IMG/VR virus record: IMGVR_UViG_3300035698_018317
Coordinates: 62,001 to 126,000 of that record
Strand: one strand, 5' to 3'
DNA: 64,000 nt
This document shows, in pieces, positions 29,670 to 38,482 of this stretch (its first letter is position 1; the number at the start of each line of letters is the position of its first letter). The notes below the pieces were generated by a model. The model ran no database searches, was not told the origin of the DNA, and saw only the letters and a program-made list of their open reading frames with translations. Position numbers and translations under genes: made by a program.

Positions 29670-30059
29670 TTAAGCCGGGTCTGACGTTACTCCTTTTTTG
29701 ATGATACTCCAGACATACCATGCTGATGCTGCTACCGGAGAGGTATCCTTGTCGCCAGCAGTCTTGGTTGCCACAGTAAAACCATTAAAATTGCCATCGC
29801 CATCTGAACTCAAGGAGTCAATTCCCGCTGAAAAGTTAACACTCTCTGCGGTAACATGAGCAACAAAAGTGCCATTATACCCTCCATCTAGTGGGGCAAA
29901 ACTAATTGTATCCAAACCAGTAGCAAAATTAGTTACGCCTCGGCCCGCAAGCACTACTTCTGTCGTAACTTTTGGTTTGTAAATTTCTCTATTATTACCC
30001 GGACCTTTAGTTTGTACTGCCGCCCCGTGTCCTTGTCCTTCACTACTTGTGGAACCCAT
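29670..30059 (-). CDS. Putative structural protein; paralogue of 42230..42562
   Basis: MGSTSSEGQGHGAA...KGPGNNR; SD AGGAGA. Confidence 0.6.
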   Translation of the reverse strand: MGSTSSEGQGHGAAVQTKGPGNNREIYKPKVTTEVVLAGRGVTNFATGLDTISFAPLDGGYNGTFVAHVTAESVNFSAGIDSLSSDGDGNFNGFTVATKTAGDKDTSPVAASAWYVWSIIKKGVTSDPA

Positions 30060-30075
30060 AATTATCTCCTATTTG

Positions 30076-30213
30076 TTAATTAAATCCAAATGATGCATCG
30101 CCCATAGTAGAGGGGTTTGCAGCATATTTTGTTTGTTTTTTAACAAAGTGCTTCTTCTCTTTTTTCTTTTTCTTCTTTTTATCTTCGAGTTGTAGCCATT
30201 GTTTAAATTTCAT
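30076..30213 (-). CDS. 45 aa poly-Lys peptide with CTS-like start (MKFKQWLQLED); not in the ORF track
   Basis: Translated by hand; CTATATA-N7 before the ATG; stop lies just upstream of the SD of the 30059 gene. Confidence 0.55.
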   Translation of the reverse strand: MKFKQWLQLEDKKKKKKKEKKHFVKKQTKYAANPSTMGDASFGFN

Positions 30214-30238
30214 ACTATCTTATATAGAAAGGCTTAAA

Positions 30239-30448
30239 ATGAAAATCATAAATATTAACGAAAAATTTGCAATAGTCGGTGATAATGCTGTGAAGAATCT
30301 TTATTACACAGGAGGTGGCTTGGTTAAGGGTGAAGCTAGAAGATGGAGTTTTGAAATCAATAAATCCAAACAGTATAATTCCATTAAAAATGCAGAATAC
30401 ATTCTTGATATAATAACAGGTCTAAAAAATGACGATAATAAAGCATAA
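30239..30448 (+). CDS. Small hypothetical protein; tandem paralogue of the next gene
   Basis: EKF..YY..GGL..RW..I.K..QY..I..AE pattern shared with 30429..30632. Confidence 0.55.
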   Translation: MKIININEKFAIVGDNAVKNLYYTGGGLVKGEARRWSFEINKSKQYNSIKNAEYILDIITGLKNDDNKA

Positions 30449-30632
30449 AGAAAAATTTGTAATAACTCGTGAGTCTAGAATCATGCATACGCCTGTTTAT
30501 TACGTTGAGGGCGGATTGGAAAGAATTAAATATGTAGCGAGTGTTCCACGTTGGAATAGCGATATAGATAAAGCTAACCAATACGGCACCATTCAGGATG
30601 CAGAATTAATTATTGAAGCATTGAGAAACTAA
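30429..30632 (+). CDS. Small hypothetical protein; tandem paralogue
   Basis: See 30239..30448. Confidence 0.55.
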   Translation: MTIIKHKEKFVITRESRIMHTPVYYVEGGLERIKYVASVPRWNSDIDKANQYGTIQDAELIIEALRN

Positions 30633-30633
30633 C

Positions 30634-30933
30634 ATGAAAAAAGAAATAAAATTTACCGATATTTTGGGTCCAGAAGACCGAAATATACTTCTCATTAATA
30701 CTCATTTCACAAATGCGATAATAGGTGTATGCATAGTGCCGGGGAACCCTCCTGTAGCCGCATATGATTATGATAAATGCGTAGCAATTATCAAGAAAAG
30801 TGAAAAGACGCAACAAAAAGCAATTGAATTTATGGAAACAAAAATTATTGCGGTAACCGAAGAAAAAAGGAAAAAGAATCCTGAAGGAAAATTTCCTGTT
30901 TTCATAAAGAAACTTAAAATTCAGAAAGGTTAA
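30634..30933 (+). CDS. Hypothetical protein
   Basis: 99 aa, VAAYDYDKC. Confidence 0.6.
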   Translation: MKKEIKFTDILGPEDRNILLINTHFTNAIIGVCIVPGNPPVAAYDYDKCVAIIKKSEKTQQKAIEFMETKIIAVTEEKRKKNPEGKFPVFIKKLKIQKG

Positions 30934-30934
30934 T

Positions 30935-31156
30935 ATGGATTATAAGATTAAAACAAAGGTTGAAGATATTGTTAAGCGTTGGGAAGAAAGCTATGGGGTT
31001 TACGCTAATTTAAATGAAGAATCACGTAAAATGCTTATTAGAGAAATCGCTTCAGAAATGGAGCGTTATTGGGTAAAAGGTTTAAACGAAGGACGACAAG
31101 AAAAAGAAAAATGGGGCTTTCCAGATACGCCTAAAAGAATATTTAATGGTGGTTAG
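30935..31156 (+). CDS. Hypothetical protein
   Basis: 73 aa ORF. Confidence 0.55.
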   Translation: MDYKIKTKVEDIVKRWEESYGVYANLNEESRKMLIREIASEMERYWVKGLNEGRQEKEKWGFPDTPKRIFNGG

Positions 31157-31165
31157 AAAAAGCTT

Positions 31166-31354
31166 TTATGTAGGTTTTTTGTATTTATAATTTAAATAAT
31201 AAATTAACCCAACAGGTTTTAATGAGGGTAAATTATTGAAATCAACAGGTGTTTTATCACCGTGATATTCATATCGTTGTCCAAACGAACAGGAGAGTGT
31301 TTTATCACCGTGATATTGGTTTCCCCATCCAAGATTAACTTTTCTTGTTTTCAT
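31166..31354 (-). CDS. Small hypothetical protein with YHGDKT repeated twice
   Basis: 62 aa; N-terminus MKTRKVNLGW resembles that of the 29556 gene. Confidence 0.45.
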   Translation of the reverse strand: MKTRKVNLGWGNQYHGDKTLSCSFGQRYEYHGDKTPVDFNNLPSLKPVGLIYYLNYKYKKPT

Positions 31355-31360
31355 AATATC

Positions 31361-31388
31361 ATTTTAACAAATTATAAAAATTTTTCAA
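31361..31388 (-). promoter_or_regulatory. Sigma70-type promoter
   Basis: TTGAAA-16 nt-TAAAAT, then 6 nt, then ATG 31354. Confidence 0.6.
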
Positions 31389-31741
31389 CTTAACTTTTTA
31401 AAAGTTCTTAGTTTTTCTACGAGAGGATGTATGTGGTCATACAAAACTTTTCTTCTTTCAATGAAATCATCATCATTTGGCCTTCCAGATATTTTGTCTA
31501 ATTCATCTTCTAGACCTTCTACTGTGTGTATTGAACAACAGGGTATAGATATTGGCATTCCATCAGTCACCATTGGCGGGAACTTATTTTCACACACAGG
31601 CTGATAATTTTTTATCAACTCATCCCAAAGCATTGGCTCTCCCGTAGTAGGTATCGCATACATTATATCATTTTGTATGGTAACGTAATGTATATTTAAT
31701 CGTTCACCTTCTGCGTTTTTATATTCGTAGTAATTTGACAT
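31385..31741 (-). CDS. Hypothetical protein
   Basis: 118 aa; SD AAGGAG. Confidence 0.6.
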   Translation of the reverse strand: MSNYYEYKNAEGERLNIHYVTIQNDIMYAIPTTGEPMLWDELIKNYQPVCENKFPPMVTDGMPISIPCCSIHTVEGLEDELDKISGRPNDDDFIERRKVLYDHIHPLVEKLRTFKKLS

Positions 31742-31792
31742 ATTTCTCCTTAAATTGACATATTAATGTAGTGTCTTTTCTATAATAATATC

Positions 31793-32509
31793 ATGAAAGA
31801 CTTAGTGATAGGACTCTGTACCGTAAGTAATAGAAAAACAAGTTATCTTCAGGCAACACTGGATAGTTTGATAAATAATGCCAATAATAAAAACGGCATG
31901 GTAATAAGATTGCATCATTGTGATTTAAAAGGACAAGACGAACTTTGTGTTGGGTCCAATCAAGTTAAAATAGAAGATTTGTATGAAGATGAAATCAATT
32001 CAGGATTTTTGCAAATTATTCGAATAGACAACCACCCTGTGTTTGAAAACCTACCAAATAATTTTGGAGATAATGACACCAGAGTGTCTTGGAGAACAAA
32101 ACAGTGTTATGACTATAGTGAAGCATTTCGATTGAGTCATAATATCGGTAAGCATTACATGCATATTGAAGATGACTTAATTGCTTGCAAGGGTTACGAT
32201 TCGTACATCAGGAGCGAAATAGAAAAAGCAAATAATAATTGGGCGACTATATGGATGGCTCAAGGTGGGTTTATTGGCTGGTTATTCAGAAATAAAGACT
32301 TACCTAAAATGTCTAGCATGTTAAATGTTTTTAAGGAAGAAATGCCGTGTGATTGGATTGCTGAGTATTTTGCTATAATTATGCAGAGAACTGGATTACA
32401 AAATATCCATACAAACTACAGTATTTTTCAACATGTTGGAAGAGACAGAACATTACGAGATGGAAAAGATGATATTCAACCTGTAACTTTCACAAATTTT
32501 GTCGATTAA
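31793..32509 (+). CDS. MGAT4/GT54-like glycosyltransferase
   Basis: RKTSYLQATLDSL, WRTKQCYDY, YMHIEDDL, GFIGWLF...DL, PCDW, SIFQHVG. Confidence 0.75.
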   Translation: MKDLVIGLCTVSNRKTSYLQATLDSLINNANNKNGMVIRLHHCDLKGQDELCVGSNQVKIEDLYEDEINSGFLQIIRIDNHPVFENLPNNFGDNDTRVSWRTKQCYDYSEAFRLSHNIGKHYMHIEDDLIACKGYDSYIRSEIEKANNNWATIWMAQGGFIGWLFRNKDLPKMSSMLNVFKEEMPCDWIAEYFAIIMQRTGLQNIHTNYSIFQHVGRDRTLRDGKDDIQPVTFTNFVD

Positions 32510-32547
32510 CTATAATATCTTGTGTTACAATAACAAAAGGAAAACAT

Positions 32548-32829
32548 ATGAGCGTACAAATTTTAAAATTAGTCACAGGTGAAGATGTCATTGCAAGAGT
32601 AGATGTTGCAGAAGATGCATATACAATAACAAAAGGTTTCAGATTGGCAGTTACACAGGAAGGATTAATGATGGCCCCCTTGTGTCCTTTCTCAAAAGAT
32701 GATATACTTACTATCGAGAAAGACAGGATAGTATTTATGACTGACCCGGATTCGGAAATAGAAACTGAGTACATGAATCAAACGAGTAACATTATAACGG
32801 CCTCTGGCCCTACTATTGCAGGAGTTTAA
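32548..32829 (+). CDS. Small Sm/Lsm-like protein of the type common in T4-like phages
   Basis: VQILKLVTGEDVIA...P. Confidence 0.55.
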   Translation: MSVQILKLVTGEDVIARVDVAEDAYTITKGFRLAVTQEGLMMAPLCPFSKDDILTIEKDRIVFMTDPDSEIETEYMNQTSNIITASGPTIAGV

Positions 32830-32833
32830 AAAA

Positions 32834-32935
32834 ATGAGTAAACTAATTAAAGTATATTTCGCTATCGTTATTTATGCGTTAGTTTTTTCTTTGTGTTTTC
32901 CAAAGCTGCCTTCCGGCATTGAAGATGCAGAATAA
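32834..32935 (+). CDS. 33 aa putative membrane peptide (not in the ORF track)
   Basis: MSKLIKVYFAIVIYALVFSLCFPKLPSGIEDAE; ends at the terminator. Confidence 0.4.
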   Translation: MSKLIKVYFAIVIYALVFSLCFPKLPSGIEDAE

Positions 32936-32981
32936 AAAAAATACTCCCCATTGCTTGATGCAATGGGGAGTATTTTTTTTT
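32934..32981. terminator. Bidirectional Rho-independent terminator
   Basis: ATACTCCCCATTGC/GCAATGGGGAGTAT stem with A and T flanks. Confidence 0.9.
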
Positions 32982-33042
32982 ATCTAAATTCATTCTTTGA
33001 CAATGCGTTTCCAAACAACTGTATCACCGCACTTCGTAGGGT

Positions 33043-33708
33043 TCATGTTAGACATTTTTTTTTTGCTATTTCTAAGAACTTGTTTTTGAAACTTTCCAAT
33101 ACATCTAATGAAGCTTTTGGGTCTCTCATCAAATGAGGTTCAAGTTCTTCATATCGCTCTGCGATTTCTTCTTTTGTATATAATTCTTTGGCGTCTTCTA
33201 GTAAAGCTAATGTTTGGCCAAATTGGAATGCTAGTATTTTAGAAACATTTTCATTACTTTCGATGTCAGATAGGTTGATTTTTTCTAAAGCTTTTATTTT
33301 TTCTTTAAAATCACCTATTAAAGCCTTTTTAATTATATCTCTATACTTATCATCCCTTATAAAGCTTAAAGCTATCCTAGCGGCTTCCAGTAGCTTTAAA
33401 TAGGGTTCTCGTGGCACTTTAGTCTTAAGAGTAAGACCATGCCATTGTTTATGCAAGGAATATGTGCTTATTATGGAGTTATTGACTTCATCCGGCGTCC
33501 CTGTGAACACACTTGTGATTACGCCGTCTTTAATTACTCCCAAATTAACTTTAACAGGTTTTTCGGGAAGCATTTTTTGAAGGCTTTCTTCTAATTCACA
33601 ACACCATTCATGGCATGTATAAATTTCAGGCATATGCCCTACAATAACAAGGATATTATAATCAATGCTAGTAGGTGAGCCAAATACAAAAAAGGTTTGT
33701 TCTATCAT
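33043..33708 (-). CDS. Putative nucleotidyltransferase-fold protein
   Basis: FVFGSPTSIDYNILV resembles hGS...DxD, with the second Asp replaced by Asn. Confidence 0.45.
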   Translation of the reverse strand: MIEQTFFVFGSPTSIDYNILVIVGHMPEIYTCHEWCCELEESLQKMLPEKPVKVNLGVIKDGVITSVFTGTPDEVNNSIISTYSLHKQWHGLTLKTKVPREPYLKLLEAARIALSFIRDDKYRDIIKKALIGDFKEKIKALEKINLSDIESNENVSKILAFQFGQTLALLEDAKELYTKEEIAERYEELEPHLMRDPKASLDVLESFKNKFLEIAKKKCLT

Positions 33709-33729
33709 AATTTATTAATTCCCTAATAT

Positions 33730-34233
33730 TTATTTATTAGATTTAGGTTGTAAGGCGTAGTACATGCCACCTTTGGCATTACGGTCGGTTTTTAGAAGAC
33801 GATTGAGTTGGAGGGGGATTTTTAAAAATCTTCCTCTTTTATCTCTTTTCATATGCTTCGCCTCTTGTCTCATCACTTCTTTTGCAGACTCAGCCCACGG
33901 TGTTGATGACACAAACTTTTTTGGAAGAACATGATTTTGAGATGGGCATAATGATAAATCATTTTCCCTTACGTACATAGCCTTATTCATTAACCCACGT
34001 CTTACAAGCCATACTCCGATTGTCTTGTCTTGGCAGAAATACTTATATCCATCATCATTAACTGTATTTCCTGTATAACAATATTTATACCCAACAATTT
34101 GTCCTATGTAAGATTCGAAATCTTCCTCGCTGGAAGCTCTTACCATCTTTCGTTTTTGACTGATATATACGAAATCTACAACATTTCGTACTTCAACCCA
34201 GTCGCCAACTGTATATTTGTATTTCTTGGCCAT
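33730..34233 (-). CDS. Hypothetical protein
   Basis: ORF 33730..34275; probable start at 34233. Confidence 0.55.
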   Translation of the reverse strand: MAKKYKYTVGDWVEVRNVVDFVYISQKRKMVRASSEEDFESYIGQIVGYKYCYTGNTVNDDGYKYFCQDKTIGVWLVRRGLMNKAMYVRENDLSLCPSQNHVLPKKFVSSTPWAESAKEVMRQEAKHMKRDKRGRFLKIPLQLNRLLKTDRNAKGGMYYALQPKSNK

Positions 34234-34790
34234 TATTTCTTTTTCTTCAACGTAAGCTGTTTTATTGTATCGCAAAATCCATACTTCTTTGCTTCAGCAG
34301 CAGTCAACCACTCATCAGACGGGCCTAATAATTTTCCTATTTGTTTATCTGACATTTTAGTACACATTTTGTAGTGATTGTACATACGTTCTTCTATGAG
34401 GTCTTGTTCTTTTCTGGCAGCAATCAACTCATGTTGTTTGCCAGAAGCACCCCACGAATATTGGTGACTAAGTATTGATGTGTTCGGCGTAAGTACTCTA
34501 TGCTTTCCTGTCATAAAGATTAACAATCCTGCCGATGCTATTATTCCTATCCCTGATGTGACAACAGGAATGTTTGACCCAAGCATAATATCTGTCAGGG
34601 CAAACGCAGCCGTCACACTTCCTCCCGACGAATTTATTATAAGTTTAATTTCTTTTAATCTGGTTTTAGTAAAATCAAGATTCTTTTCGAGAATAAATGA
34701 TATAATATCTTTGCAAGAAGAGTCTGTTATATCCTCCATTAAAATATGAATCCCAACATCTCCTAAACGACTTGATGATTCTTTAGTCAT
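34233..34790 (-). CDS. clpP: ClpP-like protease subunit
   Basis: INSSGGSV, ASAG (Ser), SHQ (His), WLTAAEAKKYGFCD. Confidence 0.88.
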   Translation of the reverse strand: MTKESSSRLGDVGIHILMEDITDSSCKDIISFILEKNLDFTKTRLKEIKLIINSSGGSVTAAFALTDIMLGSNIPVVTSGIGIIASAGLLIFMTGKHRVLTPNTSILSHQYSWGASGKQHELIAARKEQDLIEERMYNHYKMCTKMSDKQIGKLLGPSDEWLTAAEAKKYGFCDTIKQLTLKKKK

Positions 34791-35611
34791 GCTTTCTTTA
34801 CCTTTGAAGTAGCGTATTTATTGTAGAGCTTTTTGCTGTACTTCCCAGATGATAGCATATCGGCAATGTATTTGTCAAATAAATCTGCAATGGGGATTTC
34901 TCCAGCACCAGCGGACTCGATACGTCCTATGGTGTTTTGGGCAGAAAAGGCTGTTAAATTTTTAAGTAAAACACAGCTTCTCTTATCATATCTTGAAGGA
35001 TTCATTAAGAATTTTTTCAATTGGAAAATATGAGCCAGAGATACACGAATAGATGATACTGGTCTTTCAGAATAAGCTGCATTAAGACTCAAATAATGGT
35101 GACCTGAATTATTAATGCATATGGAGCTTGCCGCTACAATAGCGGCATGTATATCCATTCCTTCGTCAACAAAGTGAGAAGTGATACGGACAAAATCTGG
35201 TTCTTCTTCTACGTCCCTTAAAGTACAAAGATAAACATATAACAAACTTGGAGCGATATTACATCGCAATAGGAATGTTTTCTTCAGATGCTCAAATTCT
35301 ACATAAGGAGGAAGTAATCTTCCGGCTTTAGCAATTTCTATCCAGTGTTTAACATCTTTGGACTTAATCACCTTGTTAACTCGTGGTTTATAACAAAGTC
35401 GATTTAGTTTCTTTTTATCTGCCTTGAATGCTCCCATTAACCCAGAGAAACAAACATTCTTAAGAGTAACTAGTCCTTTTTTCTTTTTGACATCATCAGG
35501 GATAGTCAAACCCCCAAGAGACCTGTTTCGTTCACGAAACAAGTGATATTCGACTTTGTAGTTAGAGGATTTGTGCTTACGTTTAAATACTGCTGCATTA
35601 TTCTTTAACAT
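34787..35611 (-). CDS. Hypothetical protein
   Basis: 274 aa ORF. Confidence 0.6.
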   Translation of the reverse strand: MLKNNAAVFKRKHKSSNYKVEYHLFRERNRSLGGLTIPDDVKKKKGLVTLKNVCFSGLMGAFKADKKKLNRLCYKPRVNKVIKSKDVKHWIEIAKAGRLLPPYVEFEHLKKTFLLRCNIAPSLLYVYLCTLRDVEEEPDFVRITSHFVDEGMDIHAAIVAASSICINNSGHHYLSLNAAYSERPVSSIRVSLAHIFQLKKFLMNPSRYDKRSCVLLKNLTAFSAQNTIGRIESAGAGEIPIADLFDKYIADMLSSGKYSKKLYNKYATSKVKKA

Positions 35612-35813
35612 AGGTTATTTCCACTCTCAAAAGTTCATTGAGTGGGCATTATATGCTGTAACACAGTTTAAAACAAGAAGACTGGGCGGCGTAGAAGAAT
35701 TTTTTCTCCAGAATGCTGCACTTGTTTGCTTATTTTTGCAGAAACAAGTTTGTGAAATACTGCCCACGACATCTTTTTTTCCCCGGCATTTTGCACTTGT
35801 TTACCCACTCTAA

Positions 35814-36047
35814 TTATTTCCACCAATCTCCCCCAAGTCCAAATTCTGTTGTTTCGTCTGTTTCATTTTCGCCTTCATCTACCAAAAATTCCTCATTATC
35901 ATACCCTAACGGATAAGCTTCATCTACTAGTGCATTTCCATTGTTGTTTTTGTTAAGATTTTCAACTATTTCTTTATCTAGCTTTTTTAACTTCCCCAAA
36001 AGAACTTGTCTTTGGGATATCAATTCGAATATTTTTTCATGATTCAT
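35814..36047 (-). CDS. Hypothetical protein
   Basis: 77 aa ORF. Confidence 0.5.
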   Translation of the reverse strand: MNHEKIFELISQRQVLLGKLKKLDKEIVENLNKNNNGNALVDEAYPLGYDNEEFLVDEGENETDETTEFGLGGDWWK

Positions 36048-36217
36048 ATTATTCTTCTTTCAAAGGTCTATTATAATGAAAAAATATATTAATTCAACTG
36101 TCTTTTACGCACTTTTTATACAATATCTTGACCGTAATAGATGAAAAACCATATTTACTGCAATCGGTAAGACGTAAAAGATTTTCAAGCAAAAATTTGA
36201 AGCGATACTAAATTGAC

Positions 36218-36246
36218 TTGCGAAAAAATGGTCAGTTTGGTAAATT
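36218..36246 (+). promoter_or_regulatory. Possible sigma70 promoter
   Basis: TTGCGA-17 nt-TAAATT. Confidence 0.35.
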
Positions 36247-36278
36247 CCTCATGTCGCATGTTTTGAGAGACTTTACGA

Positions 36279-36545
36279 ATGAATTATACATTATTAAGAG
36301 ATGAGTGGATAGGACCGGATGATGAGATTCTCGTCTCTTTCAACGTATATGATGAAGATTATGGGCTATTAGCATGGAGTAGCGATTATGTTGATATGAG
36401 CGAGGCTATTAGCGAATTTGATTTGAATGAAATCAGAAAAGAAATCATAGAACAGTGTAAGACGTTTAAACTTACTGTAGATTTATCCGCAAAGGCACCC
36501 ACAGAGTGGGGCGAAGAATGGGAAGAAGAAAGAGTGTTAACATGA
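36279..36545 (+). CDS. Hypothetical acidic protein
   Basis: 88 aa ORF. Confidence 0.55.
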   Translation: MNYTLLRDEWIGPDDEILVSFNVYDEDYGLLAWSSDYVDMSEAISEFDLNEIRKEIIEQCKTFKLTVDLSAKAPTEWGEEWEEERVLT

Positions 36546-37192
36546 AAAAAGTTTTAGTTGTAAGTGAACATGGGTATAGACAGTCCTCGTATTACAAACC
36601 TTTTGAAGAGTTTGGGGAATGCGAAATGGACGCATCAGTATTGACCACCAATCCAGATTCAGTTTGTCTAGCAGTCTTCGAGGGTGGAAGTGATGTTTCG
36701 CCTCATCTATATAATGAAGAAAAACATCATACAACATCTAACGACCCCCAACGTGACGTGTTTGAAAAAGCTGTTTTTCAGAGATTGCTTAAATTAGGAA
36801 TCCCTATGGCTGGGATATGTCGTGGGTCACAATTGCTATGCGTTTTGTCCGGTGGAAGATTAGTTCAAAATATTAATGGCCATCTAGGAAATCACAGAGT
36901 ACAAACCAGTGACGGTAGAACAATAATTGTTAGTTCAACTCACCACCAAATGCAACTGCCTCCTGTTGACGCAGAACCTCTTGCATGGGCCGAACCTAGA
37001 TTGTCTGATATGTATGAAGGATGGACTCCAACGGATGGTATATTCACGCCTGAGCGTGAATTTGATTGCGTGTATTATCCGAAAACTAATTGTCTTGGAA
37101 TGCAATATCACCCAGAATATATGTCTCGTGATTCAGAAGGATTCCAATATTGTGTTGAACTTACAAAGAAATACTTGTTTAAACAGAGTTAG
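36542..37192 (+). CDS. Class I glutamine amidotransferase (peptidase C26/PuuD-like)
   Basis: GGSDV, GICRGSQ, STHHQ, QYHPE. Confidence 0.88.
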   Translation: MKKVLVVSEHGYRQSSYYKPFEEFGECEMDASVLTTNPDSVCLAVFEGGSDVSPHLYNEEKHHTTSNDPQRDVFEKAVFQRLLKLGIPMAGICRGSQLLCVLSGGRLVQNINGHLGNHRVQTSDGRTIIVSSTHHQMQLPPVDAEPLAWAEPRLSDMYEGWTPTDGIFTPEREFDCVYYPKTNCLGMQYHPEYMSRDSEGFQYCVELTKKYLFKQS

Positions 37193-37430
37193 CTTGACGT
37201 TCCCGTTCCCTATTTGCCATGTCGTTCATGGTGCCGATGGCGTCTGCTCGTTCTTCAGGACCGTCACCGCCAGCATGATATGATTTGTCATCATTAAGTA
37301 CGCCGTTTTCTATCCATTGAACAATGTATTCATTCCATTCAGTGTCTTTTTTAATTTTGAGTAAAACATCGCCAATAACAATGCCTCCTCCAGCGACTTC
37401 CTCAATAACCCATTCCGAAAAACTTTTCAT
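37179..37430 (-). CDS. Small protein with CTS-like start (MKSFSEWVIEE)
   Basis: 83 aa ORF. Confidence 0.6.
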   Translation of the reverse strand: MKSFSEWVIEEVAGGGIVIGDVLLKIKKDTEWNEYIVQWIENGVLNDDKSYHAGGDGPEERADAIGTMNDMANRERERQANSV

Positions 37431-37432
37431 AT

Positions 37433-38482
37433 GTGACCTTTATTATGCAATCTAGAACGCCAAACAACACGCTATCACAAATATATATGTTTCTGAAGTC
37501 GATATTCATTGACCCCCTTTTCCAACGGCGGTATAATCCAGTTATGAGTAAATCACAAGACACCGAAAAACCATATTTTCTACCCAAGATAAAGGTTGCC
37601 CGACCTAATAACGGGTTATCAGATGGTAGTTTCGCATCAGTGACCAGTAAGGGTTCTGGCACTATAAACTACAATGATTTCATTCATTGTCGTGAAACTT
37701 TCCAAGGTCGCTCTATGGACAAAATGTTGTTTTCTCACTCTGACAAAGTAAGTAGCGAAACAATAGCTGAGTTTATACATCTTGTTGAACAGAGACTTAA
37801 TCACAAGAATATTACTCATATTGCACCAACAAACATAAATAAAATCACCTATATTGAGCCAGCCCAATTCTGGTTGTTCAAGCCGATGAGACAATCCTTG
37901 TTCACGGCATTGTTAAGAGCGGCTTGTAATTACACGGGAAACTTCGATAAGGCGTTGTATAGCATTAATTATCTCAATGGAACCAAAAAAGCTGTAAGTC
38001 ATTTCCTAGATGGAAATACTTGGTACAAAGGAAATTCAAGCGGTTGGTTCAACGCATTCCGAAATCAAAAGGACTTGACAACTGTGTTGGGCAAGAAGCC
38101 AATTCCGAAAGCAAAGTTTACAGAATTTGTCTTTAGTCTACTTGGCAAAGAGCCAGAAGCTATTAAGAAAAGTTTGGAAAAGAAGCCTATCACACAAGAA
38201 GACTTATTAGACCACGCATTAAGTTTGCTTAAAATGAAGCCTGATTCACTGACCACTGCATTGAAAAAAGCAAGAACTTCGGATGCAGTTATAGAAAGAG
38301 AAGCGCTTAAGGAATTAGGTAAAAATAAAAATGAGATAGAAAAAGATTATAGACGGCGTAACTTTACTCATTCTGCCAAGGCTCATGACGCAAAGAATAA
38401 AGAAAAAGCAAAGACAGAAGATAAAAAGAAGAAGCCCGCTAATCCAGAACGAAGAAGGCGAAGGACTTTAAGAACCAAATGA
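37433..38482 (+). CDS. Hypothetical protein; paralogue of 59144..59989 with a basic C-terminal extension
   Basis: FIHCRETFQ, EFIHLVEQRL, SLFTALLR. Confidence 0.6.
   Translation: MTFIMQSRTPNNTLSQIYMFLKSIFIDPLFQRRYNPVMSKSQDTEKPYFLPKIKVARPNNGLSDGSFASVTSKGSGTINYNDFIHCRETFQGRSMDKMLFSHSDKVSSETIAEFIHLVEQRLNHKNITHIAPTNINKITYIEPAQFWLFKPMRQSLFTALLRAACNYTGNFDKALYSINYLNGTKKAVSHFLDGNTWYKGNSSGWFNAFRNQKDLTTVLGKKPIPKAKFTEFVFSLLGKEPEAIKKSLEKKPITQEDLLDHALSLLKMKPDSLTTALKKARTSDAVIEREALKELGKNKNEIEKDYRRRNFTHSAKAHDAKNKEKAKTEDKKKKPANPERRRRRTLRTK

Noticed and set aside
31249-31317. CRISPR mini-array (palindromic 21 bp repeats with a 27 bp gap)
   Set aside because: Only two short repeats; flanking AACAG similarity and an in-frame 48 bp period fit a tandem duplication; no cas operon nearby.
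35670-35810. 46 aa minus-strand ORF with a KQVQ..GEK repeat
   Set aside because: GTG start without a clear SD and a short repeat; insufficient support.
36048-36278. tRNA or other ncRNA in the largest intergenic gap
   Set aside because: No cloverleaf or T-loop motif; only a 9 bp inverted pair (TCTTTTACG/CGTAAAAGA) and a probable promoter.
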